A stretch of DNA of 64,000 nucleotides from an uncultured virus (IMG/VR IMGVR_UViG_3300021255_002352) (Duplodnaviria > Heunggongvirae > Uroviricota > Caudoviricetes): IMG/VR virus record IMGVR_UViG_3300021255_002352; one strand, 5' to 3'. Both the position numbers and the translations under genes were made by a program. Below the pieces are notes generated by a model. The model made no database searches and was not told where the DNA came from. It saw only the letters and a list, made by a program, of their open reading frames with translations. How positions within the stretch are numbered: position 1 is the first letter of the stretch; each line of letters opens with the position of its first letter. Shown piece after piece: positions 1 to 9,800 of this stretch.

Positions 1-145
1 TATCTTGCAGAAGGCATAAACTCAGTTAAACTGAATTTTGACAAATCATGTATAATTCCTTGCCAAGGTATTCCACAAGCAGCGCATTCTTTAAAAACTA
101 CTAATTTGTGTGCGCATATCGTTTTAAAATGTTTCCATGCTGCTT

Positions 146-328
146 TCATTCTGTTTCTCCCATTAACTTACTTAATACAAATAAAAAATCAACTACTGTC
201 AATGTGATAAAAAGCATTTCAAGAAAACTATTCCAATCATATATGAATGATACAAATGACAATACTGGAGTACCTAGTATGATTATTGCCATTACAACTG
301 TTCCTATTATCTCTATTGTTACTTTCAT
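146..328 (-). CDS. Small membrane protein (60 aa), ends GETE*
   Basis: Start reassigned to the ATG inside the GGAGAAACAGAATGA junction at 325-339; two hydrophobic segments. Confidence 0.65.
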   Translation of the reverse strand: MKVTIEIIGTVVMAIIILGTPVLSFVSFIYDWNSFLEMLFITLTVVDFLFVLSKLMGETE

Positions 329-338
329 TCTGTTTCTC

Positions 339-479
339 CTATTCGTTTGCACAAACATATGCAATTGCAATAAGCAGAAGTCCAAGTGCAATATCACCAA
401 TGATATCTTTGCTTCTGTCGAAGCAAAACATTATCACAACGCAAGAAAGATATATGACCACTCTTGCGATGATCGTCAT
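339..479 (-). CDS. Small membrane protein (46 aa, MTIIARVVIYLSCVVIMFCF...), absent from the ORF track
   Basis: Translated by hand; ATG lies in the junction repeat at 476-490, which contains a GGAG RBS; hydrophobic. Confidence 0.6.
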   Translation of the reverse strand: MTIIARVVIYLSCVVIMFCFDRSKDIIGDIALGLLLIAIAYVCANE

Positions 480-700
480 TCTGTTTCTCCTGCTGCTATA
501 CGATCTGTGACCAACCATTCTCTTAACGTCATATTGGATGTGTGATAGCGATGCATCTTTTTGTACTCCTTTGCATAACCAATCAAGGCTCCGCCAATTG
601 TTGTATATAATCGATAAAATGGCTGACCTTGGCAGTTAGTTATCACAACAAACTTCGGATTCTTTACGATTCTTTTTATTTGCCATTTCTGAATAATCAT
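476..700 (-). CDS. Hypothetical protein, ends GETE*
   Basis: ORF bounded by junction repeats at both ends. Confidence 0.65.
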   Translation of the reverse strand: MIIQKWQIKRIVKNPKFVVITNCQGQPFYRLYTTIGGALIGYAKEYKKMHRYHTSNMTLREWLVTDRIAAGETE

Positions 701-885
701 TTTGTTTCTCCCAAATTGCTATTGCTTTCGTTTTCCCTGCCATTTTCAAACTTTGGAGCTTTATTCGTTATCATGGATAATACCAACCTCATTCCGTTTC
801 TCATGCCTATAGAATAATCATCTTTTCCGCTAGTTGCTTCTATTCCAAAAAGAATATCTTGTATTAGTTTTTCAGTATCTAACAT
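697..885 (-). CDS. Hypothetical protein, ends GETK*
   Basis: ORF bounded by junction repeats. Confidence 0.65.
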   Translation of the reverse strand: MLDTEKLIQDILFGIEATSGKDDYSIGMRNGMRLVLSMITNKAPKFENGRENESNSNLGETK

Positions 886-895
886 TCTGTTTCTC

Positions 896-1120
896 CTAGC
901 TTGCTCGTCTGTTCCATACTTTAATCACATTTTCTATTGCTTCATTCTTAGACCGGTATACTGTATCATTCTGCGGATAACTTGGTTGTGCACCACATTT
1001 TTTGCATACGATTCTAAATTCATAGCATCCATGATAGCCATGACTTCCATGCCAAAGTGGTATCGTTTCAAGTTCAACCTCCGCCCCACAAAACGGACAT
1101 GGTTTTAATTCTTTGCTCAT
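896..1120 (-). CDS. Lar-like restriction alleviation / Zn-ribbon protein
   Basis: ELKPCPFCG...CKKCGA...AIENVIKVWNRR pattern typical of the Lar family; start at the junction repeat. Confidence 0.7.
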   Translation of the reverse strand: MSKELKPCPFCGAEVELETIPLWHGSHGYHGCYEFRIVCKKCGAQPSYPQNDTVYRSKNEAIENVIKVWNRRAS

Positions 1121-1584
1121 TCTGTTTCTCCTGTTTCGATTCGTTTTTCCCACATAGGACAAATGATATGAACTATACCATCACCACCTCGTTCTGCCCA
1201 CTCACACATTCGCAACGGCTCTATCTGATGTTCACAATTTCGGCATCTTTTATAGACTATTTCTTTAGCCATTTCTTCCAATGTCATTCTGCTTCTCCTA
1301 TAAATGTCGTCAAGGCAAGCGTTATAACCGATTTCGTACCGATCATAGTCTCCGAGCCATTCCGTTTGTACTCTTAGTTTTAGTTTTTCTGGCAATGGCC
1401 TTAAAGGACACCAATTAGGTTTTGTTATGGTTCTTTGAGCATATTCCTTTGCAGAATATCCATCGCAACGAACAATGCACTCTTCGCATGAGCTAGGCAT
1501 CTTATCAATCACTAATATGGCTTTACTGTTTTGACTCGTTGTTTCAATTGAGAGATTATCTCTGTTCGTCCATTCTACTTTCAT
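1117..1584 (-). CDS. Cys-rich hypothetical protein; apparently two modules fused in frame
   Basis: MPSSCEEC, WCPLRPLP and GYNACLDDI, then an internal junction repeat at 1284-1298 and a second CxxC module. Confidence 0.6.
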   Translation of the reverse strand: MKVEWTNRDNLSIETTSQNSKAILVIDKMPSSCEECIVRCDGYSAKEYAQRTITKPNWCPLRPLPEKLKLRVQTEWLGDYDRYEIGYNACLDDIYRRSRMTLEEMAKEIVYKRCRNCEHQIEPLRMCEWAERGGDGIVHIICPMWEKRIETGETE

Positions 1585-2233
1585 CTTCAGTCTCCTCCAT
1601 GATCTCTTTCACGTAAGGAAGCTCTTTGAGAATATCAATGAAGTTATTCCATTCATCTAGCTTATGATGTGATCTCTGCCTGATTATTGTTGCAACATTC
1701 TCATAGTTCATCGTGACCGTTCGCTTTTGATTATAAGAAGATGGAAGTAACTGAATTAATTGCCACCAATACTCTTTATTCTTTGTACTTAAATATTGGC
1801 TTCTATATTGGTTCATTAAATCAATTACTCCGTTCAACATTATTTTTGATGTGCCATTAATCAGATGCTCACAACTAAAATCGTCTAATGTAAATTCTTT
1901 TCTATGAATTGTATGCATTGTGCTACAGCTGTTTGCAACCGTACCAACCTTATAAGTATCGAATTCTTTCCACCAATACAAAGGAGCAGTAATATCCATG
2001 GATACAAAGATCTGTCTCAAGTATTTACGATGTTCTGGACCAGCTTGATAAAGTGTCTTCATCAGTGTTAGATCGTTTGGACCAATCATTTCGGCTACGA
2101 TTTCATCGTCAGCGTAAATAGTTGCTGTACCAAACGCTAGTGAATCACTCTTAGCCCAGCTATTTAAAGGATTGCGCATTCCTCTAATAGCGTGTTCAAA
2201 ACCCCAAATATCAATATTTTCAACTTTAATCAT
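1556..2233 (-). CDS. Conserved phage protein, probable ThyX(Thy1)-like fold
   Basis: AIRGMRNP, HRKYLRQI, APLYWWKEFDTY, SCSTMH and QRSHHKLDEW motifs of a common phage family. Confidence 0.5.
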   Translation of the reverse strand: MIKVENIDIWGFEHAIRGMRNPLNSWAKSDSLAFGTATIYADDEIVAEMIGPNDLTLMKTLYQAGPEHRKYLRQIFVSMDITAPLYWWKEFDTYKVGTVANSCSTMHTIHRKEFTLDDFSCEHLINGTSKIMLNGVIDLMNQYRSQYLSTKNKEYWWQLIQLLPSSYNQKRTVTMNYENVATIIRQRSHHKLDEWNNFIDILKELPYVKEIMEETEDESRMDEQR

Positions 2234-2544
2234 TTTTTACTCTCCTTTTCAATTTGTTCTAATAATTCATGTATTTCTGCATCATAATCTTCATCACCCT
2301 TCCAGATACCTTCTGGATCGTCCTTATAACTTGCTTTATCTAATTTCTTAAACATCCTAAGAACATTAAGGTGAATCTTCCTTAAAACGGGACGAGGCCC
2401 CAGCCATTTGACCAGAGCCCCTTTAATATCCGAATCTAGCGTATAGTCAAGGCAAGCAAGGCCTATAATCGCTACGCTAAGAAATATAATGATTATGGTC
2501 AAAGCAATAACAAACCAGACCAGATTGCCTAAAAACGCCATCAT
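2230..2544 (-). CDS. Membrane protein
   Basis: N-terminal hydrophobic segment; ATGA overlaps with neighbours. Confidence 0.65.
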   Translation of the reverse strand: MMAFLGNLVWFVIALTIIIIFLSVAIIGLACLDYTLDSDIKGALVKWLGPRPVLRKIHLNVLRMFKKLDKASYKDDPEGIWKGDEDYDAEIHELLEQIEKESKK

Positions 2545-2903
2545 AATTGTTCCAGATCCTCCCTAGTAGAAACAGTCGATGAATCAGTATCATCAACTTT
2601 TTTCTTTTTACTTACTTTTGTTTTCTTTTCTGCTTTTTTGGTTTGCTCCTTAACAGCCAATACTTCTCCATGAACAATATCAAGATCATATTTAACATTA
2701 TTTGTAAGCTCAATATCGTTTCTAATTGCTTCGTTTACAAGCTTTGTTGCACTGATTTGCTTATCAAAAACATCAAGTTCAGCTTTACGGAATTTCTCGT
2801 GAGCCTCCTCATTAGCTTTGAGCATTCTAATGATTGTTCCCATTCCAGCCCAAGTAAATAAAAAGCAGACTACTAAAAAGATAGATAATAAAATATTAAA
2901 CAT
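2541..2903 (-). CDS. Membrane-anchored coiled-coil protein
   Basis: N-terminal TM helix; overlapping operon arrangement. Confidence 0.65.
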   Translation of the reverse strand: MFNILLSIFLVVCFLFTWAGMGTIIRMLKANEEAHEKFRKAELDVFDKQISATKLVNEAIRNDIELTNNVKYDLDIVHGEVLAVKEQTKKAEKKTKVSKKKKVDDTDSSTVSTREDLEQL

Positions 2904-3369
2904 TACATACTTCCTTTCTTACTAGTTCTAATATCCAGCATTCTGGATAAACCTCTCCCCTGTGATCACCTAAAGAACTTCTCCTGATAATCCTTTTTGG
3001 TTCATGAGTGTCTTTAACAAAATATCCATCTTGTTCAAGTCGACTGATTATTTTGTCGTGATCCTTATAAATAATCGTATTACCATGCCTGTCAAGCATG
3101 AGTTCAACCATGTCGAGTGTCTTTTGAAATTTTGATTTTCTACTTCTAGACTTTTTCTCTTTTTCATGGTTTTCGTAATACTCTTTTAACGGCATTCTTG
3201 TAACTAAATATCTTTCTTTAAGAACCGGATTGTTACGTGCAAACATTGTTGCTAAATGCCTGGCAGTTGTGTTGAATCTTGCACAAACACGAACGCTACT
3301 TCCTTCGAATATAATCGGAGAATCTGCGTCCAGATTTGCGTGAATGAAATACTGATAGTGAGTTGCCAT
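2896..3369 (-). CDS. Hypothetical protein
   Basis: 157-aa ORF with GGGGAG RBS. Confidence 0.65.
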   Translation of the reverse strand: MATHYQYFIHANLDADSPIIFEGSSVRVCARFNTTARHLATMFARNNPVLKERYLVTRMPLKEYYENHEKEKKSRSRKSKFQKTLDMVELMLDRHGNTIIYKDHDKIISRLEQDGYFVKDTHEPKRIIRRSSLGDHRGEVYPECWILELVRKEVCNV

Positions 3370-3378
3370 TTTCTCCCC

Positions 3379-4752
3379 TCAATAGAACAATCTTGTCTGA
3401 ATATAAGTCTCTTTTTTGAATGGATCTTCTTTAGTCTTATCTGTCCAAGAATCAGGTAATGGATCAGACTGAATATCATTCAGCTTTGCTTCCACCTTAT
3501 CCTCAGGCTTAGAAAAGTATTTCTGATTGTATGTCCTGACAAGGTCTCTAGAATTAAAGTTCTTCTTATTCTGAAGAGCCATATTCATTCGAACATCTAT
3601 AGGACTATTAGACTTAAGTCTGTAGTAGTATAAATCTTCAAATGGTGTATTTAGTCTATCGATTCGTCCAGATGCCTGTTCAAGGACTTTATAGCTTGGA
3701 TTCTGACTGTAAAATATAATTGTATCTGTTTCTATGCAGTTCCAAGCCTCATTTCCAGCCGTATATTGGACCAAATAAGCCCATTTTTCACATGTAGGTA
3801 CTTGTTCATGTTTATGACCATTCCACTCCGTATAATGGACTCCAATTGCGTCTAGAATCGTTCTAAGAATATCCAATTCATAGTCATAGTTATAGAAAAT
3901 AATCGCCTTATCGTGAGCAACTAATAAACTGATTAGTTTGGCTTGCCTATCATCGGATACGTTACTCACTTTTCTCTGTAAATAATACAGTTTAGAACCG
4001 TTTTCAATTGGACAATTGTCAAATGGATCCCATCGTTCTTTAGTTAAAGACTTATACAATTGCCTATCATAATCGCATTCAATGATTTCATAATGACGCT
4101 TTGTATGACGATGAAAATCCATATCAACAAGTATCTCGTTCCGTAATCGATTCAGTTTCTGTGTTCCTAAATATCTGTCTACTTTAGGAAAGTTTGTAAA
4201 TCGACTCCAAACAATATGCTCATTATTGAACTCTGTTCTGTTTCTGTAAAAGCCATTTGCTATGAACACCGGAATATAATCTGACCAGGTATCACCAGGT
4301 GTTGCACTTAACAAAATCCATCTGTTACTCTTAGCTATTTTTAAGAAAGATTTAACCCAAACCCCACTACCGACAACTCTTTGCTCGTCGAAGATAAAGA
4401 AGGCGTCTTTAATTTCTTTGTACTTCTGGATGTTATTCCAACTATCAATAACAATTTTATGATTGTAAATATCAATATTTGGATCGGGAGACAAAAGAAA
4501 AGGAGCCATATCTAGCTCCCAATCTTTTGAGTCTCTCTTTCGAGCGGTAGTGATAATGTACAAGTCTTTCATGGTGATACTACTATTCGACGTGTGATCG
4601 TTACTGTAAATATCCATACCGTTTTCTTTACAATAATAGCCAAGAGCTGTTCTAGATTTACCTGACCCAACGCCTCCGCACAATACGCAACCGTTTTTCA
4701 TGTTCCGAATGGCATTTAATTGGTAATCATATAAACCTAATCCCATATTCAT
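3379..4752 (-). CDS. SF2 (SNF2-like) DNA helicase
   Basis: GGVGSGKS Walker A, FDEQ motif II, LSATP motif III, QASGRIDR motif VI. Confidence 0.9.
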   Translation of the reverse strand: MNMGLGLYDYQLNAIRNMKNGCVLCGGVGSGKSRTALGYYCKENGMDIYSNDHTSNSSITMKDLYIITTARKRDSKDWELDMAPFLLSPDPNIDIYNHKIVIDSWNNIQKYKEIKDAFFIFDEQRVVGSGVWVKSFLKIAKSNRWILLSATPGDTWSDYIPVFIANGFYRNRTEFNNEHIVWSRFTNFPKVDRYLGTQKLNRLRNEILVDMDFHRHTKRHYEIIECDYDRQLYKSLTKERWDPFDNCPIENGSKLYYLQRKVSNVSDDRQAKLISLLVAHDKAIIFYNYDYELDILRTILDAIGVHYTEWNGHKHEQVPTCEKWAYLVQYTAGNEAWNCIETDTIIFYSQNPSYKVLEQASGRIDRLNTPFEDLYYYRLKSNSPIDVRMNMALQNKKNFNSRDLVRTYNQKYFSKPEDKVEAKLNDIQSDPLPDSWTDKTKEDPFKKETYIQTRLFY

Positions 4753-4756
4753 TTCC

Positions 4757-5068
4757 TTATTCAGCTAAAACAAAATCTTCAGAGATAGGCGTTATATTAT
4801 TAACCCGTAAGTAATTCAAATATGAATTGGATATCTCTTTTACTTTTTCCTGAAATGCTAGCATGTGATTTTGATAAGTTTCCTCATCAATCCATCCTAA
4901 AGCATGGTCTATTCGAACTTGCTGAACTTGACGTTCAACTGAATCAATCCAGTCGATATACGATACATTCTCTGGAAGAATCTTAATATTATTGCTTGTG
5001 CTTTTTGAATCTTGCCTTCTGAACAGCCGGGCAAACAGTGCTTTTATCCACATTAGCAGTTTCTTCAT
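4757..5068 (-). CDS. Hypothetical protein
   Basis: ORF with GGAGG RBS. Confidence 0.6.
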   Translation of the reverse strand: MKKLLMWIKALFARLFRRQDSKSTSNNIKILPENVSYIDWIDSVERQVQQVRIDHALGWIDEETYQNHMLAFQEKVKEISNSYLNYLRVNNITPISEDFVLAE

Positions 5069-5375
5069 TTTCTACCTCCTCTGTGTTTTCTAAAATATCA
5101 TCTGTGCGTTCTTCGAACGAAACATCATCAGTAACATCTTCACTTTCAGTGAGAGACATGGCTGGTGGGTTTGGGAAGTCAGCTTCAGCTTTTGCGAAAA
5201 ATACATCTGGATCCGGAATATCACGGAATGCAACAGTAAGACAAATCTTTCTATATGCGTTCCATGCCGGTTCGAACCATTCTTCATCTTTATAGATGAC
5301 AAGTTTCATATCGAGTTTATTCTGAATCCACAACGGGATGTATGAATAGAAGTCTTTGTTAAGCGTATTTGACAT
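4989..5375 (-). CDS. Hypothetical acidic protein
   Basis: ORF in operon with GGGAG RBS. Confidence 0.55.
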   Translation of the reverse strand: MSNTLNKDFYSYIPLWIQNKLDMKLVIYKDEEWFEPAWNAYRKICLTVAFRDIPDPDVFFAKAEADFPNPPAMSLTESEDVTDDVSFEERTDDILENTEEVENEETANVDKSTVCPAVQKARFKKHKQ

Positions 5376-5622
5376 GTTTAAGCTCCCCTCTCGTTGCTGT
5401 TTTACCGCAATTTTTGCAATACCATTTTTTGTGTTGAATGGCAGTACCTTTTACGAACAAAACCTTTCGAAATTTCATATTCGGTGCACCACATTGCGGG
5501 CAAATAGCTTTAAGATGAACTGTCTGCGCTCTCTCCAGTTTTCTTTTTGACCGTCCAGATAAAGCTGGGAAAACCTGATGCTCTAAGGCAACCGGATTTC
5601 CGCCATGGTTTAAATTATCCAT
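5359..5622 (-). CDS. Zn-ribbon protein
   Basis: CPQCG...CKNCG. Confidence 0.65.
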   Translation of the reverse strand: MDNLNHGGNPVALEHQVFPALSGRSKRKLERAQTVHLKAICPQCGAPNMKFRKVLFVKGTAIQHKKWYCKNCGKTATRGELKHVKYA

Positions 5623-5623
5623 T

Positions 5624-5836
5624 TTACTCTCCTTTGCTAGTTAATTTTTTTGCGATTTTTAATGCCTTAGCCAAAGACCCATTGTCTTTGAAGTGAATGG
5701 GTCTATGGCTTTCAATATTTGTTGGGTAGTCCAAACAATCGCAACACGGTTCATCGGACTCCGCTTTATTCTTATGTTCGCAAAATTTACAAAAAGCAAA
5801 ATTAGCGAAATGTTCATGTCTTGAATTATCACTCAT
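5624..5836 (-). CDS. Small Cys-rich phage protein
   Basis: CKFCEH...EPCCDCL...SHRP pattern. Confidence 0.65.
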   Translation of the reverse strand: MSDNSRHEHFANFAFCKFCEHKNKAESDEPCCDCLDYPTNIESHRPIHFKDNGSLAKALKIAKKLTSKGE

Positions 5837-6129
5837 AATTTGTCTAACTCCAGTCTTATATTTTGAACCATCTTGTCATATAGATCGTCTGTTGTTGAAC
5901 CTATAATATTTCTAAGGTTCTTATCCAGATTAAAGTAATAATCACCATCAAATTTTAAAGAATAAATCCTACCGCGAGGTCCGCTTATTAGGTCGTTCAT
6001 ATAAAGCTCTACCAATATCCCTTTATCGCCTTTTTTCCATAAATAAATCGGCATCTTTGATGTGCCGGATTCCATATAAAAATATTCATTAAAAACCGCG
6101 AAAGGATGATCGTTTGGAAGCTTTATCAT
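5833..6129 (-). CDS. Hypothetical protein
   Basis: ORF with GGAGG RBS. Confidence 0.6.
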   Translation of the reverse strand: MIKLPNDHPFAVFNEYFYMESGTSKMPIYLWKKGDKGILVELYMNDLISGPRGRIYSLKFDGDYYFNLDKNLRNIIGSTTDDLYDKMVQNIRLELDKL

Positions 6130-6134
6130 GTAGA

Positions 6135-6632
6135 TTAACCTCCGTAATTAGCGTTATTTTGTTCTAAATTTGCATACTTATGTGCAAATGGATCTTCCTT
6201 GATTACAACGTGAAGCGTATCAAGATATGCAGAGATACCTGACTGACCATTTCTTTCCCAATGGAACGGACTAATCAGCATATCTACTGACTCAATATCA
6301 GCATTATCGAGCATTCCAACAGTTTCTGCTGTAAGCTCAGCTACACTTCTTCCGGTATGAATATAAATCTTAGGTCCTCTTGCAGACTTGAAATTGACAT
6401 TGACCTTGATGTGATGGATTCCATTATCCTGAGGATCTCTAGGTGCTCTAAATTTCACATTCCAGCCATCTTCCTGCATCTGCTGAGCAGTAACAGGATC
6501 ATCGATGATTACGTTGAAGTTTCTGTCACCTTCTCTGTTAAAGTCAGTTTCACGACCTGCGAAGTTACGGTACAAAATAGCTCCGTCTTCAATTAACAAC
6601 TTTCCATTAGAATCAATACTTACTTTACTCAT
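6135..6632 (-). CDS. Putative single-stranded DNA-binding protein
   Basis: YRNFAG...GDRNF...GWNVK...GISAYL pattern; lies between polymerase and helicase. Confidence 0.65.
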   Translation of the reverse strand: MSKVSIDSNGKLLIEDGAILYRNFAGRETDFNREGDRNFNVIIDDPVTAQQMQEDGWNVKFRAPRDPQDNGIHHIKVNVNFKSARGPKIYIHTGRSVAELTAETVGMLDNADIESVDMLISPFHWERNGQSGISAYLDTLHVVIKEDPFAHKYANLEQNNANYGG

Positions 6633-6717
6633 TTTTTAAATTCTCCTTTTCTTTTTTGTTAAATAAGTAAAAATATAAAAAGCATTCAATTAAGAATGCC
6701 TTCTATAAAATATAAAT

Positions 6718-6815
6718 GGAGTCGATATACCCCCTATATGTCGCGTATAAATAAAGAGGTATTATTGTAATGAAAGAAAGGCTGGGCTTGCCATATAGAA
6801 AATATAATCGACTCC
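6718..6815. ncRNA. Intergenic stem-enclosed element, candidate sRNA
   Basis: GGAGTCGAT(6718)/ATCGACTCC(6807) and CTATATG(6734)/CATATAG(6792) nested inverted repeats. Confidence 0.4.
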
Positions 6816-6833
6816 TATTTTAAATGGTTTACA

Positions 6834-9800
6834 TTAGGAAGCAAACCATTCAAAATCACCATACTGTGATATAGTATCAATAGCCGCATCAACTTGCGCA
6901 TCATAAAAAGACCGATCAATTTGGTTTTTTAATCCGAGTGTTTTTACGGTTTCTGATTCAAGCCATCTGTAACCTTTTGCTCCAGATGCCGAATCATATT
7001 TAGTCTGTCCTTTTAAGTTGGATTCTCGTACTAATACACCTCCACCTGCTCCAGGTTTAACAGGTGTAAATAATCCGATTTTTCCAATATATCTATAGTT
7101 ATGACCTTCAGCAATTCGCTTTTCTAAAGATTCTTTCTGGTCAATCATGTTTCGCATTAAAGGACCATTATACTTTTTAATATCTTTTTCAAGCTTTTTA
7201 GCCTGATCTTCTAGTGTAGAAACATCCGGAAGACCTTCATTCATATCCAAATATAAAGAAGAAGTAACCTGGAAAGTTTCGCATAGATCTTCAAATACTA
7301 TAGGTTCTTTTGAGAACAACTTTTTAAATACATAAGGAACAGCAAATTGTTTTCCTGTTGCAGTCCACCAAATTTCTTTACCAGATTTATCAATTTCGGG
7401 TTTTTTAAACTTGGCTATATATACTGCATCATTCACAAGACAGAATTTAGAAAACTCTGCTTCTGTTTCGAAAGAATATCCATATTCTTTACCGAATCTA
7501 ATAACGAAGTCTTGAATCTCTTTTGTCGCATTAGGAATCTTTATTGAATCCGTCTTGATGTGGGCAACTGTATAACCCCATTTTTCAACTTGCTGTTTTA
7601 ATAATGTCATGAATAAAGCTCCACGTTTTGCTACTATATTGTCTACATTGCGTGGATCTTTAAACGTATTTGCGAATTTTGCGCTAGTCAAACCATATAC
7701 TGAGTTAATGACTATCTTTAACGCTTGCGCTAATGATTTTGAATACTCGTCTTTGAGATAAGGAGTAAGAACACCATTTAGCATAGTAGAAGCTTTTTCA
7801 AAGTCTTTATGCTTTATGGCAACTCTTGCGTCAACAATATCTTCAAACGTTTTTGTGTATACCGGCCCAAACAATCTTTCATAGATAGCAGAATGTGGAT
7901 GCATTGAACTTACATCTCCATCCCAAATATCAGTCCAGATTCCAGGGTTTGAATATACTCTTCCACCTTCGCCAACTATATCTCCAAGATATCTAGATAC
8001 AGGACTGAATTTCATTGTTCCAGTCTCTTCATTTTTTATCTTTTCAATATTGAATTCATATCCAGGAAAGAATGGAAGAATAGAATATCCTTTTGGAAGT
8101 TCTGATTTACCGTCATATGTTTTATAAAGAGGCAGCCCATGTTCATCAAAAATTCTGAAAACATAATCATCTCCAAATCTTTCACGATATTGACTGTATT
8201 CTTTATAAGAAACCGGTTTTGATAAGTCACGATAGTTAAACTGACTTTGAGGTGCTCTGTTATTACCGAATATGATCTTTGCGGAAAGCGTATTTGTCGT
8301 ATCGTTAACCGTGACATTGCTTATACCATGAAGACTCTTGGCTAATTCGACTTGGATTTGTCTAGCCATCCAATCTCCTTGGTTTGCATTAAATACTGCT
8401 TCAGTTGCAATAACGTCATTATCACAATATTCGGCTACCTTTTCCCATAAATCTTCAGGTACAGGTTGATCCCATGGCAGACCTAATTCAAGATGATGAA
8501 TTCCCAATTCGATCTCCCATTTTTTAAGAGATTGCTTCTTAGTACAGAAATCATATACATCTGTATAAGAAAGATTATATGCCTCTGAGAAGAATCCTCT
8601 TCCTTCATTAACTATCTTTTTAGACAATTCGAAAATTGCTTCATTATCATAACCCATCATTCTCGCATACATGATGTGATTATCATATCTTCTGCAATTG
8701 AATCCAATAAGCTTATGCTGACATAATTCCTCGATCTCCTTCATTCCTGGGTTAATCATTCTGACTACTGGTTTATCGTCACCTTCCCATTTCCAGTTAA
8801 CTAGTAGCAAATTTGGAAAGACCTCGATATCATAAAATATCTTTTTCTCTTCATCATTTTCGGTATTTTCCGAAGGTTCTTCTGAACAGAAATGCATTTT
8901 ATTCACCAGTTTTAAACAATATTCCGAATTATGCGTGCTGTTAGTAGCAAAGACCCTAACATCATTTGCTAAATCTGTAACATCATATTTCAGTCCAGAG
9001 GTATAAGCGTCTTCAAGAACTTTATATATAAAGTCTATATTTTGCTTTGTACTTGGAAGTTTATCGTATTCCTTATTTAAGCATCGCTTTATTATGGTTT
9101 TTAATGATTTTGCATTATTTATTCCTTCAAAATTTACCACCTTATTATCTCCTTTCAATGGTAAACCAGATCCTAATTCTGCTATCGGAAGATCGTTGCA
9201 CTCCGTTAGCTTTCGTCTTAAAGAAGAATTACCAGTAAATACTTTGACTTCAATTTTATCGTCGAATATTCGACTAAGCTTGGAAGGATCGCCACCGGTC
9301 CAAATATAATGGAGATGAATTCCCTTTCCCGATTTACTTAACTCAGCATATGTTGCTGGCCACTTACTTGCTTCTATAAGATTTGATTTAAAATCCTTAT
9401 TACCATCTTTATCAGGAATATCAAAATCAATTACTATATGGTTCTCAGGAACCTTAACATAATGAAGCTCTGAAGTATTAATATCTTTCAACTTTGATTT
9501 AACCTTTGCCCAAGAATAAGAAGGCGTTTCATTCGTATTCGCATATTGGGCAGGACAATCTTTACAGATTTTATCAAAATACGATGGCTGCTTTTTAAAC
9601 TGAATAAGCTTACTATCAATTTCGGATTTTTTAGTTTTTTTATTTTTATCCGATTCTCCAGATTCAAATTTTGAAGTTTTAAAACCTGAATAATAATTTC
9701 TTACTCTTTTGCCATCATCGCCTAAATATCTATCGTCAAAAGATTCAAAATAGTCTCTAAGCTCCTCTTTAAAAACTCTTTTTGATAATGGATAAGATAC

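Larger units (their letters stand above)
146..1298 (-). repeat. Seven copies of the 15-bp gene-junction repeat GGAGAAACAGAATGA
   Basis: Plus-strand TCATTCTGTTTCTCC exact at 146, 325, 476, 1117; one mismatch at 697, 882, 1284. Confidence 0.9.

Noticed and set aside
108..1377. Plus-strand ORFs 108-545, 286-510, 629-817, 1057-1377
   Set aside because: Antisense to the RBS-coupled minus-strand mini-genes
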